Shown one piece after another: positions 10,931 to 20,134 of a stretch of 51,420 nt of DNA. The translations under genes were made by a program, and so were the position numbers. Position 1 is the first letter of the stretch. The number at the start of each line of letters is the position of its first letter. Source of the stretch: Bacteroidales bacterium (GTDB lineage Bacteria > Bacteroidota > Bacteroidia > Bacteroidales > UBA12077); the NCBI GenBank assembly GCA_018334875.1, contig JAGXLC010000001.1, positions 1 through 51,420 of the forward strand, read 5' to 3'. The notes beneath the pieces were generated by a model, which saw only the letters and a list, made by a program, of their open reading frames with translations, ran no database searches and had not been told where the DNA came from.

Positions 10931-11743
10931 ATGTTAAAACCCGAACAACCTATAGGGATTTTCGATTCAGGAGTGGGAGGCCTGACGGTAGCTGCTGCCA
11001 TTAAATATTTGTTGCCCAATGAACGCATTATCTATTTCGGAGATACCGCCCACCTCCCTTATGGCGATAAATCCAATGAAACCATTATTGAATATTCTAC
11101 CCGGATTACCGATTTTCTTTTGGAAAAAAATGTGAAAGTCGTTTTAATTGCTTGCAATACCGCATCGGCAGTGGCCTATCATGAGCTTGCCGGTCATCTG
11201 GATAACAGTGTTTTCCTGGTGAATGTGATCGATCCGGTGGTCAACTATATTGCCGGACATTTTTCAGGCGAAAAGATAGGCGTGATTGGAACCAAGGCCA
11301 CCATAAAAAGCGATACTTACAAACACAAGATTATTGAGAAGGATAACCATATAAAGGTGAGCTCTTTGGCTACCCCGCTGTTTGTACCAATGATTGAAGA
11401 GGGTTTTGTTTATGACGACATCAGTAATGCCATAATAAGGGCTTATCTTTCGGATAAAAAGCTGGAGGATATCCAATCCCTGATTTTGGGATGTACCCAT
11501 TATCCTATCATAAAAAATCAGATCAGGAGATTTTTCGGTTTTAAGGTGGATGTTGTAGATTCAGGCAATATTGTAGCACGCTACCTTCAGGAATTGCTTG
11601 AAGAGCATAACCTTTTAAGCGATCAGAAAAATCCGGAGCATGTGTTTTATGTATCCGATTACACCGAATACTTTGAATCCATCGCCCGGATGTTCTTTGA
11701 TGACCCCATCCATCTGGAAAAAAAGAACATCTGGAAGGAATAG
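10931..11743 (+). CDS. murI: glutamate racemase
   Basis: IGIFDSGVGGLTV, ACNTAS and GCTHYP catalytic-Cys motifs. Confidence 0.92.
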   Translation: MLKPEQPIGIFDSGVGGLTVAAAIKYLLPNERIIYFGDTAHLPYGDKSNETIIEYSTRITDFLLEKNVKVVLIACNTASAVAYHELAGHLDNSVFLVNVIDPVVNYIAGHFSGEKIGVIGTKATIKSDTYKHKIIEKDNHIKVSSLATPLFVPMIEEGFVYDDISNAIIRAYLSDKKLEDIQSLILGCTHYPIIKNQIRRFFGFKVDVVDSGNIVARYLQELLEEHNLLSDQKNPEHVFYVSDYTEYFESIARMFFDDPIHLEKKNIWKE

Positions 11744-11757
11744 GAATTAGATACAGC

Positions 11758-13794
11758 TTATTTTGATTTTTCTTTTGTAAGCTGGGCCAGCCTGTCCTGT
11801 AATTCATACATCTCGTCCCTCAATCGGGCTGCTTCTTTGAAGTCAAGCTCGGAAGCGGCTTTCTCCATGCCTTTTTTGTTTTTCTCGATGGCTTTTTCCA
11901 GGGCTTCTTGGTTCATATACTGCACTACCGGATCGGCAGCGGTATCCAGTTCCTGAGGTTCTGTATAAGGCCGCGGCTGGTATTGTCCGATTTTTTCCCT
12001 GTAATCTGCCATTACCGAGCGGGAGGCTTTTTCGATTTGTTTGGGAGTTATGTTGTGTTTTTCGTTGTAGGCAAGCTGCTTTTCCCTTCTGCGGTTGGTC
12101 TCGTCAATGGTCTGCTGCATGGAGCGGGTAATTTTATCGGCATACATGATGACTTTTCCTTCCAGATGCCTGGCCGCCCTGCCTGCCGTTTGGGTGAGGG
12201 ATACGGTGGATCTCAGAAATCCTTCTTTGTCGGCATCCAGAATGGCTACAAGTGATACTTCTGGCAGATCGAGCCCTTCACGCAGCAGGTTCACGCCGAT
12301 AAGCACGTCGAATGTGCCGTTTCTCAGCCCGTCCATTATCTCCACCCGTTCCAGCGTATCAATGTCCGAATGGATGTACCTGCATTTGACGTTGAACCGC
12401 GTCAGGTATTTCGTCAGTTCTTCCGCCATCCTTTTGGTCAGTGTAGTAACCAGCACCCGCTGGTCGTTTTTCGTGCGTTTGCGCACCTCTTCCATCAGGT
12501 CGTCGATCTGGTTGAGGGTGGGCCGTACTTCTATTTCCGGGTCCAGCAGCCCGGTAGGTCTGATTACCTGTTCAACAACTACGCCGCCGCTCTTTTCCAG
12601 TTCGTAATTTGCAGGGGTAGCGCTGACAAAGACCACCTGGTTGAGGAGGTTCTCAAACTCCCCGAATTTCAGTGGACGGTTGTCCACGGCTGCCGGGAGT
12701 CGAAAACCATATTCCACCAGTGTCTTTTTTCGTGAATAGTCTCCACCGAACATGGCATGGATCTGGGGAATGGTTACGTGGCTTTCATCTACAACGATAA
12801 TGAAATCATCGGGAAAATAGTCGAGCAGGCAGAAAGGCCTGGAGCCAGGCGAGCGGCCGTCGAAATAGCGGCTGTAATTTTCAATGCCGGGACAGTAGCC
12901 GAGCTCCCGGATCATCTCAAGGTCGTATTCCGTTCTTTGCTTGATGCGTTTGGCCTCCAGCTCCCTTCCCTGGTCTTTGAAATACTGGATTTGGTCCTGC
13001 AGGTCAAGCTGGATCTGTTTGATGGCATTATGCATCCTTTCTTTGGTGGTTACAAAAATGTTTGCCGGAAAAACGGTGGCACTGTCCACCATAGCTATAG
13101 TACTGTTGTTATACGGATCATACTTTTCAATTTCATCAACCTCATCTCCCCAGAAGGTAACGCGGTAGGCATGATCGCTGTAGGCCAGGAATACATCTAC
13201 CGTGTCACCGTTCACCCGAAAATTACCGGGTTTGAACTCCAGCTCGCTTCTTGAGTATAAGCTGTCTACCAGCCGCCTCAAAAACTCATTTCTTCCGATT
13301 TCCTGGCCGGATTCGATCTGGATGGTGTTCTTATGGAAATCATCCGGATTGCCGATGCCATATAAACAGGAAACCGAGGAGACGACCACTACGTCCCTGC
13401 GCCCGGAAAGAAGGGATGAAGTGGCACTCAGCCTGAGCTTTTCGATCTCTTCATTAATGGAAAGGTCCTTTTCGATGTAGGTGTCGGTTACGGGAAGGTA
13501 TGCCTCCGGCTGGTAATAGTCATAATAGGAGACAAAATATTCTACCGCATTTTCCGGGAAAAATTCCTTGAATTCTCCGTAAAGTTGGGCCGCCAGAGTT
13601 TTGTTGTGGCTTAGCACCAGCACGGGTTTGTTGACATTCTGTATCATGTTGGCAATGGTAAAAGTTTTACCCGAACCGGTAACGCCCATCAGAGTCTGGA
13701 AACGATCGCCCCTTTGAGTACCTTCCGTAAGTTGTTTGATGGCTTCGGGCTGATCGCCTGTGGGTTTGTATTGTGACGTAATTTTGTAGTTCAT
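11758..13794 (-). CDS. uvrB: excinuclease ABC subunit B
   Basis: GVTGSGKTF Walker A, helicase motifs, C-terminal UVR motif (FKEAARLRDEMYEL). The ORF extends to 13899, but the conserved N-terminus starts at MNYKITSQYKPTGDQ (ATG at 13794). Confidence 0.92.
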   Translation of the reverse strand: MNYKITSQYKPTGDQPEAIKQLTEGTQRGDRFQTLMGVTGSGKTFTIANMIQNVNKPVLVLSHNKTLAAQLYGEFKEFFPENAVEYFVSYYDYYQPEAYLPVTDTYIEKDLSINEEIEKLRLSATSSLLSGRRDVVVVSSVSCLYGIGNPDDFHKNTIQIESGQEIGRNEFLRRLVDSLYSRSELEFKPGNFRVNGDTVDVFLAYSDHAYRVTFWGDEVDEIEKYDPYNNSTIAMVDSATVFPANIFVTTKERMHNAIKQIQLDLQDQIQYFKDQGRELEAKRIKQRTEYDLEMIRELGYCPGIENYSRYFDGRSPGSRPFCLLDYFPDDFIIVVDESHVTIPQIHAMFGGDYSRKKTLVEYGFRLPAAVDNRPLKFGEFENLLNQVVFVSATPANYELEKSGGVVVEQVIRPTGLLDPEIEVRPTLNQIDDLMEEVRKRTKNDQRVLVTTLTKRMAEELTKYLTRFNVKCRYIHSDIDTLERVEIMDGLRNGTFDVLIGVNLLREGLDLPEVSLVAILDADKEGFLRSTVSLTQTAGRAARHLEGKVIMYADKITRSMQQTIDETNRRREKQLAYNEKHNITPKQIEKASRSVMADYREKIGQYQPRPYTEPQELDTAADPVVQYMNQEALEKAIEKNKKGMEKAASELDFKEAARLRDEMYELQDRLAQLTKEKSK

Positions 13795-13939
13795 AGAAAC
13801 CGGTTTTTTGAATAGACCAATAAAAAACCTTTTTTTGAAAACCCAAAGACCACGAAAGATATTATTTTGAACCTTGGTTTTAATTTCCTTTTGATACAAC
13901 GAAACAAATCTTTGAAGCCCTTAATTCAATCTTTCTTAA

Positions 13940-13947
13940 TATCTTTG
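13940..13947 (+). promoter_or_regulatory. candidate -7 box TATCTTTG (TAnnTTTG)
   Basis: Exact motif match 53 nt upstream of the 14000 ATG. A TTTG lies at 13912-13915, with a somewhat long spacer. Confidence 0.3.
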
Positions 13948-13999
13948 TAAAATTTAATGAAGTGGTAGGTATTGATTGGGTCATTTTAATCAGTAAATC

Positions 14000-14770
14000 A
14001 TGAAGGGCAAAAGACAAAATCATAAAAGTAAACAGAAAGAGGCCGCAGCCGATGATTTCATAAGACTGAACAAATTTATTGCTAATAGTGGTTTATGTTC
14101 ACGGCGGCAGGCGGATGAGCTTATCCGCTCAGGTGAAATCACCGTTAACCAACAAAAGGTAACGGAACTGGGCACAAAAGTGAAATCTACCGATGAGGTT
14201 CGCTATAAAGGTAAGTTATTGCAAAACGAACGGCCTGTCTATATTTTGCTGAATAAACCCAAGGATTATGTTACCACCGTTAAAGACAAAAATGCCCGAA
14301 AAACTGTTATGGAATTGGTAAAGGGAGCATGCACACAGAGGATATATCCGGTTGGCAGGTTGGACAGGAATACCACAGGCGTTCTGCTTTTGACCAATGA
14401 CGGAGAGCTGGCCAAGCGGCTGACCCATCCCCATTATAAGAAAAAAAAGGTCTATCATGTAGTGCTCGACAAGCCTGTAACAAAAACACATCTCGAGCAA
14501 ATTGCTGAAGGAGTAAAGCTTGAAGATGATGTTGTGGCAGCGGATGCTGTAAGTTATGTAGATCCGGAGGATAAAACGCAGATAGGTATCGAGATTCATA
14601 CAGGACAGAATCGTGTGATCAGGAGGATTTTTGAGACTCTGGGATACAAAATAAAAAAACTGGATCGTGTGTATTTTGCAGGACTTACAAAAAAGAATCT
14701 GAAGCGCGGCAGATGGCGGTTTCTGACCCAGAAGGAGATTAACAGATTGAAGATGAATGCATTTAAATAG
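14000..14770 (+). CDS. rRNA pseudouridine synthase, RsuA/RluB family (S4 domain + catalytic domain)
   Basis: S4 segment RLNKFIANSGLCSRRQADELI and catalytic GRLDRNTTGVLLLTNDG. Has a lysine-rich N-terminal tail. Confidence 0.88.
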   Translation: MKGKRQNHKSKQKEAAADDFIRLNKFIANSGLCSRRQADELIRSGEITVNQQKVTELGTKVKSTDEVRYKGKLLQNERPVYILLNKPKDYVTTVKDKNARKTVMELVKGACTQRIYPVGRLDRNTTGVLLLTNDGELAKRLTHPHYKKKKVYHVVLDKPVTKTHLEQIAEGVKLEDDVVAADAVSYVDPEDKTQIGIEIHTGQNRVIRRIFETLGYKIKKLDRVYFAGLTKKNLKRGRWRFLTQKEINRLKMNAFK

Positions 14771-14917
14771 AGTCTGTCTATAATATCCGCTGGCTGTGTT
14801 ACGCTCGTTTTTCATGCCAGTCAATTATATCTGGTAGCGACGTACGGCTTACGTCGCTACATTTGGCATTCAAAACTCGCAAACTTTGCCAGCGAACATT
14901 CTAGACGAGACTTTTTA
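14771..14917 (+). repeat. long imperfect inverted repeat (~142-nt hairpin) with T-run; possible terminator, MITE-like element or structured RNA
   Basis: Outer arms 14771-14794 (AGTCTGTCTATAATATCCGCTGGC) and 14888-14912 (GCCAGCGAACATTCTAGACGAGACT) are largely complementary. The inner arms are partly complementary. The apical stem GTAGCGACGTA / TACGTCGCTAC (14834-14844 / 14850-14860) is a perfect 11 bp. CTTTTT follows. Confidence 0.6.
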
Positions 14918-15003
14918 AAATCAATTTGACTGTATGGAGAAACACTAAATGGGTTGGGCTAGAGTAGGTTCCCTCCTTTACTTCCAAATAAAACCTTTAT
15001 AAT

Positions 15004-17463
15004 ATGCGAAAATCATATTTGATAATACTTTGTTTTCTGAGTGTGCATATCTCATTTGGCCAGAGGATAAACATTGAGGGAAAGGTTATTGATGCCAATG
15101 ATCGGGAACCCCTGGCTTTTGTTAATGTACTGTATGGTGAGCCTCCGAAAGGCACCACTACCGATATCGACGGAAAGTTTCAGATTGAGATTCCCTCCTC
15201 TGTTCAATCAGTCAAATTCAGTTATCTTGGCTACCATTCAAAAACCGTATCCCTCGAAAGTCTTAGAAAATCTTCCATGTCAACGATTGCATTGAAAAGC
15301 AAATCCTTCGCACTGGATGAGGTAGTGGTGAAGCCCGGAACAAATCCGGCTGTCCAGGTTATTCAAAAGGTTTACAAAAACAGGGAAGAGCATAACCCGG
15401 AAAATATGGATGCATTTTCCTACAGGAGCTATAACAAATTTGTGTTCACGATTGACTCCAGCAGGATTGATGAGTGTACTCCGGAAAAATCATCCGGGGA
15501 TACCATGGCAATAGATACCACTACAGTTGATTCTACGGATATTAAGCTCCGGCGTTTTATGGATAAACAGCACATTTTAATGATGGAATCGGTTTCAGAG
15601 AGAAAATATCTATCCCCGGGCTATAGTAATGAACAAGTTCTTGCTTCAAGAGTTTCCGGGTTCAGCGATCCTTCCCTGGTATTTCTTGCTACACAGATTC
15701 AGTCGTTTTCTTTTTATGATAATTTCATCTCCTTAGGCGATAAAAGCTATATCAATCCGATTAGTAAGAACAGTGCGAGGCGGTATCTTTTCCTTACGGA
15801 GGATACCCTTTACCATGAGCCTCATGATACTGCGGTAATTATTTCATTCAGACCCAGAAAAAATAAGAATTTTGACGGACTTAAAGGGATGTTGCATGTA
15901 AATACCTGCGATTATTCACTTACCAGAGTTATCGCTGAACCTGTTTATTCTTCAGGGAATTTTACCATTAAGATTCAGCAGAAATATGACAGAATAGGAG
16001 GAGAAAGATGGTTCCCTACCCAGTTGAATACAAGGATAGGAGTGAAAGAAGTGTTTGTCTCTTCTTCTACCCGTGATTATCACCTTGTCGGTGATGGCCG
16101 GAGCTATATTAGAGATATCTATATGAATCCCCCATTGGATAAATCAGACTTTGACAATACCGGCATATCCGTGCCTTCCTCTGCATATGAACGCTCAGAG
16201 CAATTCTGGGGAAAATACCGGGTTGATAATCTGTCTTCTAAAGACAGCACAACTTATCAGGTCATCGACAGCATCGGGGAAGCACATCATTTTGACGCCA
16301 GGATGAAGCGCTTCAAAACCCTCTCTACCGGTTATTATCCGGTTTCTTTTCTGAATCTGGATCTTACCAGACTTTTAAATTATAATGAATATGAAGGCTT
16401 CAGGCTGGGAATGGGCCTGATGACCAATGAGGAGCTTTCGGAATTCTTTTCTGCCGGTGGATATTTTGGGTATGGGTTTCGGGACAAGGACTGGAAATAT
16501 GGTGGCAGACTCCGGCTTAACATTCATGAAAAATCGGAGAGCCGACTGGAGTTCACTTATAAGAATGATGTCGCAGAATCCGGTGGATATCAGTTTTTAA
16601 AGGAGCAGGGAGTTTTTTCTCCGGCTATGTACCGACAGTATTTGGTAGAAAGCATGGATTGGGTGAAAGAAAGACAGATGAGCTATTCCCTGAGAACTTT
16701 AAAGTATTTGAAGTTAAAATTATTTATCCGGAAGTCAACGGTGAATCCACTCGAGGATTACCGGTTCCGGAAAGATGAAAATGTGTATCAGGGTAATTTT
16801 CATATAACAGAGGGCGGTTTTAAAGCCCGGTTTGCCTGGAAGGAGGAATTTGCAGAAACCCCGTGGGGCAAATTTTCGCTTGGAACGGATTTTCCGGTAG
16901 TGTATGCCAATTTTACACGGGGTATGAATATTCTGAACGGTAATTTTGAATATACAAAAGTGGAGGCTGCAATTTCAAATGAAATCCGCACCAAAAACCT
17001 GGGCAAAACCAAAATGCAATTGGTGGGTGGAATGACCGGAGGTCCGGTTCCCGCCTTCAATCTTTATACCGGGCACGGATCCTATGGAAGCCGTTTGAAT
17101 ATATACAGTGAGCATAGTTTTGCCACTATGCGGTTGTCTGAATTTTTGGCAGACCGCTTTGTCTCTGTCTATTTAAATCAGGATTTCAAATCATTGCTCT
17201 TCCGGAAAGAAGGCTTCAGTCCAAATATCATGTGGTTGAATAACCTGGGATGGGGCTGGCTTAATAAACCTTCCCGGCATGATGGAATGAATACCCAATC
17301 CTTTGCGAAAGGGTATTTTGAAACAGGAGTAATGGCTGATAATATACTGGGGACCAGTCTGTTTAATTACGGTTTTGGAATATTTTACAGGTATGGTCCC
17401 TATGCCTTTGATAAATTTTCAGATAATCTGGCCTATAAAATCTCCATTGGATTCAATTTGTAG
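15004..17463 (+). CDS. carboxypeptidase-regulatory-like domain protein (DUF5686-type, probable outer-membrane protein)
   Basis: Signal peptide, then INIEGKVIDANDREPLAFVNVLY (CarboxypepD_reg-like), then a long beta-rich C-terminal region. 819 aa. Confidence 0.7.
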   Translation: MRKSYLIILCFLSVHISFGQRINIEGKVIDANDREPLAFVNVLYGEPPKGTTTDIDGKFQIEIPSSVQSVKFSYLGYHSKTVSLESLRKSSMSTIALKSKSFALDEVVVKPGTNPAVQVIQKVYKNREEHNPENMDAFSYRSYNKFVFTIDSSRIDECTPEKSSGDTMAIDTTTVDSTDIKLRRFMDKQHILMMESVSERKYLSPGYSNEQVLASRVSGFSDPSLVFLATQIQSFSFYDNFISLGDKSYINPISKNSARRYLFLTEDTLYHEPHDTAVIISFRPRKNKNFDGLKGMLHVNTCDYSLTRVIAEPVYSSGNFTIKIQQKYDRIGGERWFPTQLNTRIGVKEVFVSSSTRDYHLVGDGRSYIRDIYMNPPLDKSDFDNTGISVPSSAYERSEQFWGKYRVDNLSSKDSTTYQVIDSIGEAHHFDARMKRFKTLSTGYYPVSFLNLDLTRLLNYNEYEGFRLGMGLMTNEELSEFFSAGGYFGYGFRDKDWKYGGRLRLNIHEKSESRLEFTYKNDVAESGGYQFLKEQGVFSPAMYRQYLVESMDWVKERQMSYSLRTLKYLKLKLFIRKSTVNPLEDYRFRKDENVYQGNFHITEGGFKARFAWKEEFAETPWGKFSLGTDFPVVYANFTRGMNILNGNFEYTKVEAAISNEIRTKNLGKTKMQLVGGMTGGPVPAFNLYTGHGSYGSRLNIYSEHSFATMRLSEFLADRFVSVYLNQDFKSLLFRKEGFSPNIMWLNNLGWGWLNKPSRHDGMNTQSFAKGYFETGVMADNILGTSLFNYGFGIFYRYGPYAFDKFSDNLAYKISIGFNL

Positions 17464-17499
17464 AACGCATCAGATTAGGATACCAGCTCTTTTAATGGG

Positions 17500-18636
17500 T
17501 TATTGGGGAATAAGCACCCTGAATCCCAGGTAATTCCCGGCTTTATTGGGAGGCAGGTGAAAACGTGCTGAGGTCTTTAGGTCTGTTGCCGGTGAATTCC
17601 AATGACCTCCCTTGTATACTTTGGATGAATCGTTGTACCCGTTTAAGCACCATTCAGCAGCATTGCCGGTCATGTCGAAAAGCCCGTAAGCATTGGGGGT
17701 TTTAATACCAACCGCATGGAGCTGTCCATTGGAATTTTCTTTATACCATGCGACTTCATCCAGAGAATAGTCGCTTCCACCATAGGGGTAATATGGTTTA
17801 CTGGCGTAATACCATTCTTTTTCAGTAGGCAGACGTCCCCCCATCCATTGGCAGAAACTGTTGGCGCCTACCCATGTAACGTTAACCACCGGCAAAGATT
17901 CCCATCCATTCCCGGTTATAAAGTTCTCCCCGTTATAGGTGATTCCGGTCGTACCATTAAGGAAGATATACTTAATTCCTTCATAGCAACCGGTGGAATC
18001 TACCCCTATAGAATTCATAAATTTGGTATACTGTTGATTGGTCACTTCATATTTTCCAACTTCCATAGAATCGACGATGAGTGTATCATTTTCGACGGTC
18101 ATTGTATCAGGTGAAAAAGATACAAAATCCATCGATATCTTGCTTCCCGGGTGACCTGAAAGGCTGATGGTTATGCTTGTATTGGCTTTCAGTGTATCTG
18201 CACCAACTTTATTGGTGTCTCCTTCCACATAATCTTCATAGTGATCCCTTACTGAGAAGTAGTTCCAGTTCTTATCTTCGGGCTTTTCATTGGTGTACCG
18301 GACCTTTGCGGATATCTGTGTGCTGGATTCTACCGTTAAATCACTGGTTGACAGGCTATAGGAAAATTGAGGCACAAAATCTTCTTTTTGCATCAGCGTG
18401 GAGTCTCCGGCTGTTAAGCTGATGCTGTGTACTTTGTAGTACTGGCTGAAATCCTTGAGCTGTGCCGTAATTTTTATTGTTGAACCTCTGACAATTTCCG
18501 TATTATTTTCGGGATTGGTGATTATTATTTCGGGGTTGAGCCTGGTTTCCTCCTGCATTTCGCAACTGTGCAGAAACAATGCTATGCCAGCCGATAAAAA
18601 AAGGCCAACGCTGAATACTTTTAGGTTTTTAATCAT
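17500..18636 (-). CDS. formylglycine-generating-enzyme (SUMF1) family lipoprotein
   Basis: C-terminal FGE-sulfatase signature (MEVGKYEVTNQQY, GGRLPTEKEWYYA, GLFDMTGNAAEWC, YKGGHW, LGFRV). The ORF opens at 18714, but the lipoprotein signal MIKNLKVFSVGLFLSAGIALFLHSC starts at 18636. Confidence 0.8.
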   Translation of the reverse strand: MIKNLKVFSVGLFLSAGIALFLHSCEMQEETRLNPEIIITNPENNTEIVRGSTIKITAQLKDFSQYYKVHSISLTAGDSTLMQKEDFVPQFSYSLSTSDLTVESSTQISAKVRYTNEKPEDKNWNYFSVRDHYEDYVEGDTNKVGADTLKANTSITISLSGHPGSKISMDFVSFSPDTMTVENDTLIVDSMEVGKYEVTNQQYTKFMNSIGVDSTGCYEGIKYIFLNGTTGITYNGENFITGNGWESLPVVNVTWVGANSFCQWMGGRLPTEKEWYYASKPYYPYGGSDYSLDEVAWYKENSNGQLHAVGIKTPNAYGLFDMTGNAAEWCLNGYNDSSKVYKGGHWNSPATDLKTSARFHLPPNKAGNYLGFRVLIPQ

Positions 18637-18774
18637 GATCAGGAAAATTTTAATGACCGATAAAGTTGAAGAACTATACGGTATTCTGCAATCCCGGGTT
18701 ACATCCATCGGCATTCAGGTGCTCGTATTTTTTCTCTGAGCCAGGCGGCTCCTATCATTAAGCCATGTGTGATA

Positions 18775-18811
18775 AAATAAATGGCATCACACACGGTGAC
18801 GCCATTTATTT
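18775..18811 (-). terminator. candidate dnaJ terminator hairpin (AT-rich)
   Basis: Perfect 11-nt inverted repeat AAATAAATGGC / GCCATTTATTT about 30 nt downstream of the dnaJ stop. It overlaps a second possible hairpin (18763-18773 / 18786-18796). Confidence 0.35.
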
Positions 18812-18843
18812 TTAAAGATGATATATATTGGGTTTTGATTGCT

Positions 18844-20046
18844 CTATTCGAAGAATGCCTTCATCTTTTCAAAGAAGGTCTTGTCCGTTTCATCCGGGTT
18901 CGGTTGGAAATTGGAAGAATGCTCCATGGTTTCCATCATTTTTTTCTCTTCTTTGGTGAGATTTTTGGGAACCCATACATTGACGTTCACCAGCAGATCT
19001 CCCTTACCGTAACCATTTACTTCAGGCAGGCCTTTTCCGCGGAGGCGCAGTATCTTACCAGGCTGCGTGCCGGGTTCTACTTTGATCTTAACCTTACCAT
19101 CCAATGTGGGGACTTCTACAGGCCCTCCCATTGCAGCAGTAGGGAAACTGATATAAAGTCCGTATATCAGATCATTTCCGTCGCGGGTGAAGTAAGGATG
19201 CTCTTTCTCCTCAATCAGGACGATCAGATCGCCGTTAATACCGCCTCGTCTGGCTGCGTTTCCTTTTCCGCTGACGGTCATCTGCATTCCTTCTGCTACG
19301 CCTGCCGGTATATCAACGGAAACAACCTCATTTCCTTTGACAATTCCTTCGCCATGACACTTGGTGCATTTGTTATGCAGTATCCTGCCTTCACCTCCGC
19401 ATTGCGGACAACTTGAGGTGGTTTGCATCTGACCCAAAAAGGTATTGGTAACCTGTGTTACCTGTCCTGATCCTTTGCAGGTTGGGCATGTACTGTAAGC
19501 TGATGATGAAGCATTTTCCGCCCCTGTTCCGTTACAGGCATCGCATTGTATGTACTTATTGAGCTTCAGTTTTTTGTTGACTCCTTTTGCGATTTCCTCC
19601 AGGGTTAAAGCCACCTTTACTCGTATATTGGATCCCTTGCTGGTTTTTCGGCTTCTCCTTCTTCTGCCGGTAGTTTCGCCGAAATCTCCAAAACCACCGA
19701 AACCACTAAAGGCACTACCGAAACCTCCGCCAAAGATGTCACCAAACTGTTCAAAGATGTCTTCGATGGTCATACCACCTCCATGAAAGCCACCGCTACT
19801 ACCGGCGCCGGCTCCACCTTTTACTCCGGCATGACCAAACCGATCATATTTTTTACGTTTATCCGGATTGCCCAATACTTCGTATGCCTCGGCTGCTTCC
19901 TTGAACTTTCTTTCCGCCTCTTTATCTCCGGGATTTTTGTCCGGATGATGTTTGATCGCCATCTTGCGGTAGGCTTTCTTAATTTCCTCCTGGGAAGCAT
20001 CCCTAGAAACACCTAATATTTCATAATAATCTTTTTCACCAGCCAT
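18844..20046 (-). CDS. dnaJ: molecular chaperone DnaJ
   Basis: J domain ([14 protein letters not shown]), G/F-rich linker, four CxxCxGxG zinc-finger repeats. Confidence 0.95.
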   Translation of the reverse strand: MAGEKDYYEILGVSRDASQEEIKKAYRKMAIKHHPDKNPGDKEAERKFKEAAEAYEVLGNPDKRKKYDRFGHAGVKGGAGAGSSGGFHGGGMTIEDIFEQFGDIFGGGFGSAFSGFGGFGDFGETTGRRRRSRKTSKGSNIRVKVALTLEEIAKGVNKKLKLNKYIQCDACNGTGAENASSSAYSTCPTCKGSGQVTQVTNTFLGQMQTTSSCPQCGGEGRILHNKCTKCHGEGIVKGNEVVSVDIPAGVAEGMQMTVSGKGNAARRGGINGDLIVLIEEKEHPYFTRDGNDLIYGLYISFPTAAMGGPVEVPTLDGKVKIKVEPGTQPGKILRLRGKGLPEVNGYGKGDLLVNVNVWVPKNLTKEEKKMMETMEHSSNFQPNPDETDKTFFEKMKAFFE

Positions 20047-20134
20047 AAAATCTCTCTCTTTTCCTTATCTTTTTTGACAAATTTGTTTTGTTTTTTCAAA
20101 GGATTTAAACACTCGGGAATTAAAACTCCCGCTT

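Noticed and set aside
13795-13899. N-terminal extensions offered by the ORF track for uvrB (to 13899), and likewise FGE-like (to 18714), grpE (to 20911), DUF6089 (from 5769), bamA (from 7207) and the helicase (to 25355)
   Set aside because: The extensions precede the conserved N-termini or signal peptides and often begin with non-ATG codons. In the helicase case the extension lies upstream of a candidate -7 box. I preferred the internal starts, but they remain unverified.
18781-19416. 211-aa plus-strand ORF, plus similar long antisense ORFs at 12095-12607, 12757-13254, 14216-14824, 26349-26825, 30198-30764, 32602-33138 and 48574-49137
   Set aside because: All lie entirely inside strongly recognisable genes on the opposite strand (dnaJ, uvrB, rluB-like, T9SS protein, saccharopine dehydrogenase, MBOAT, C26). 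They have odd composition and no recognisable motifs, so they are shadow ORFs.
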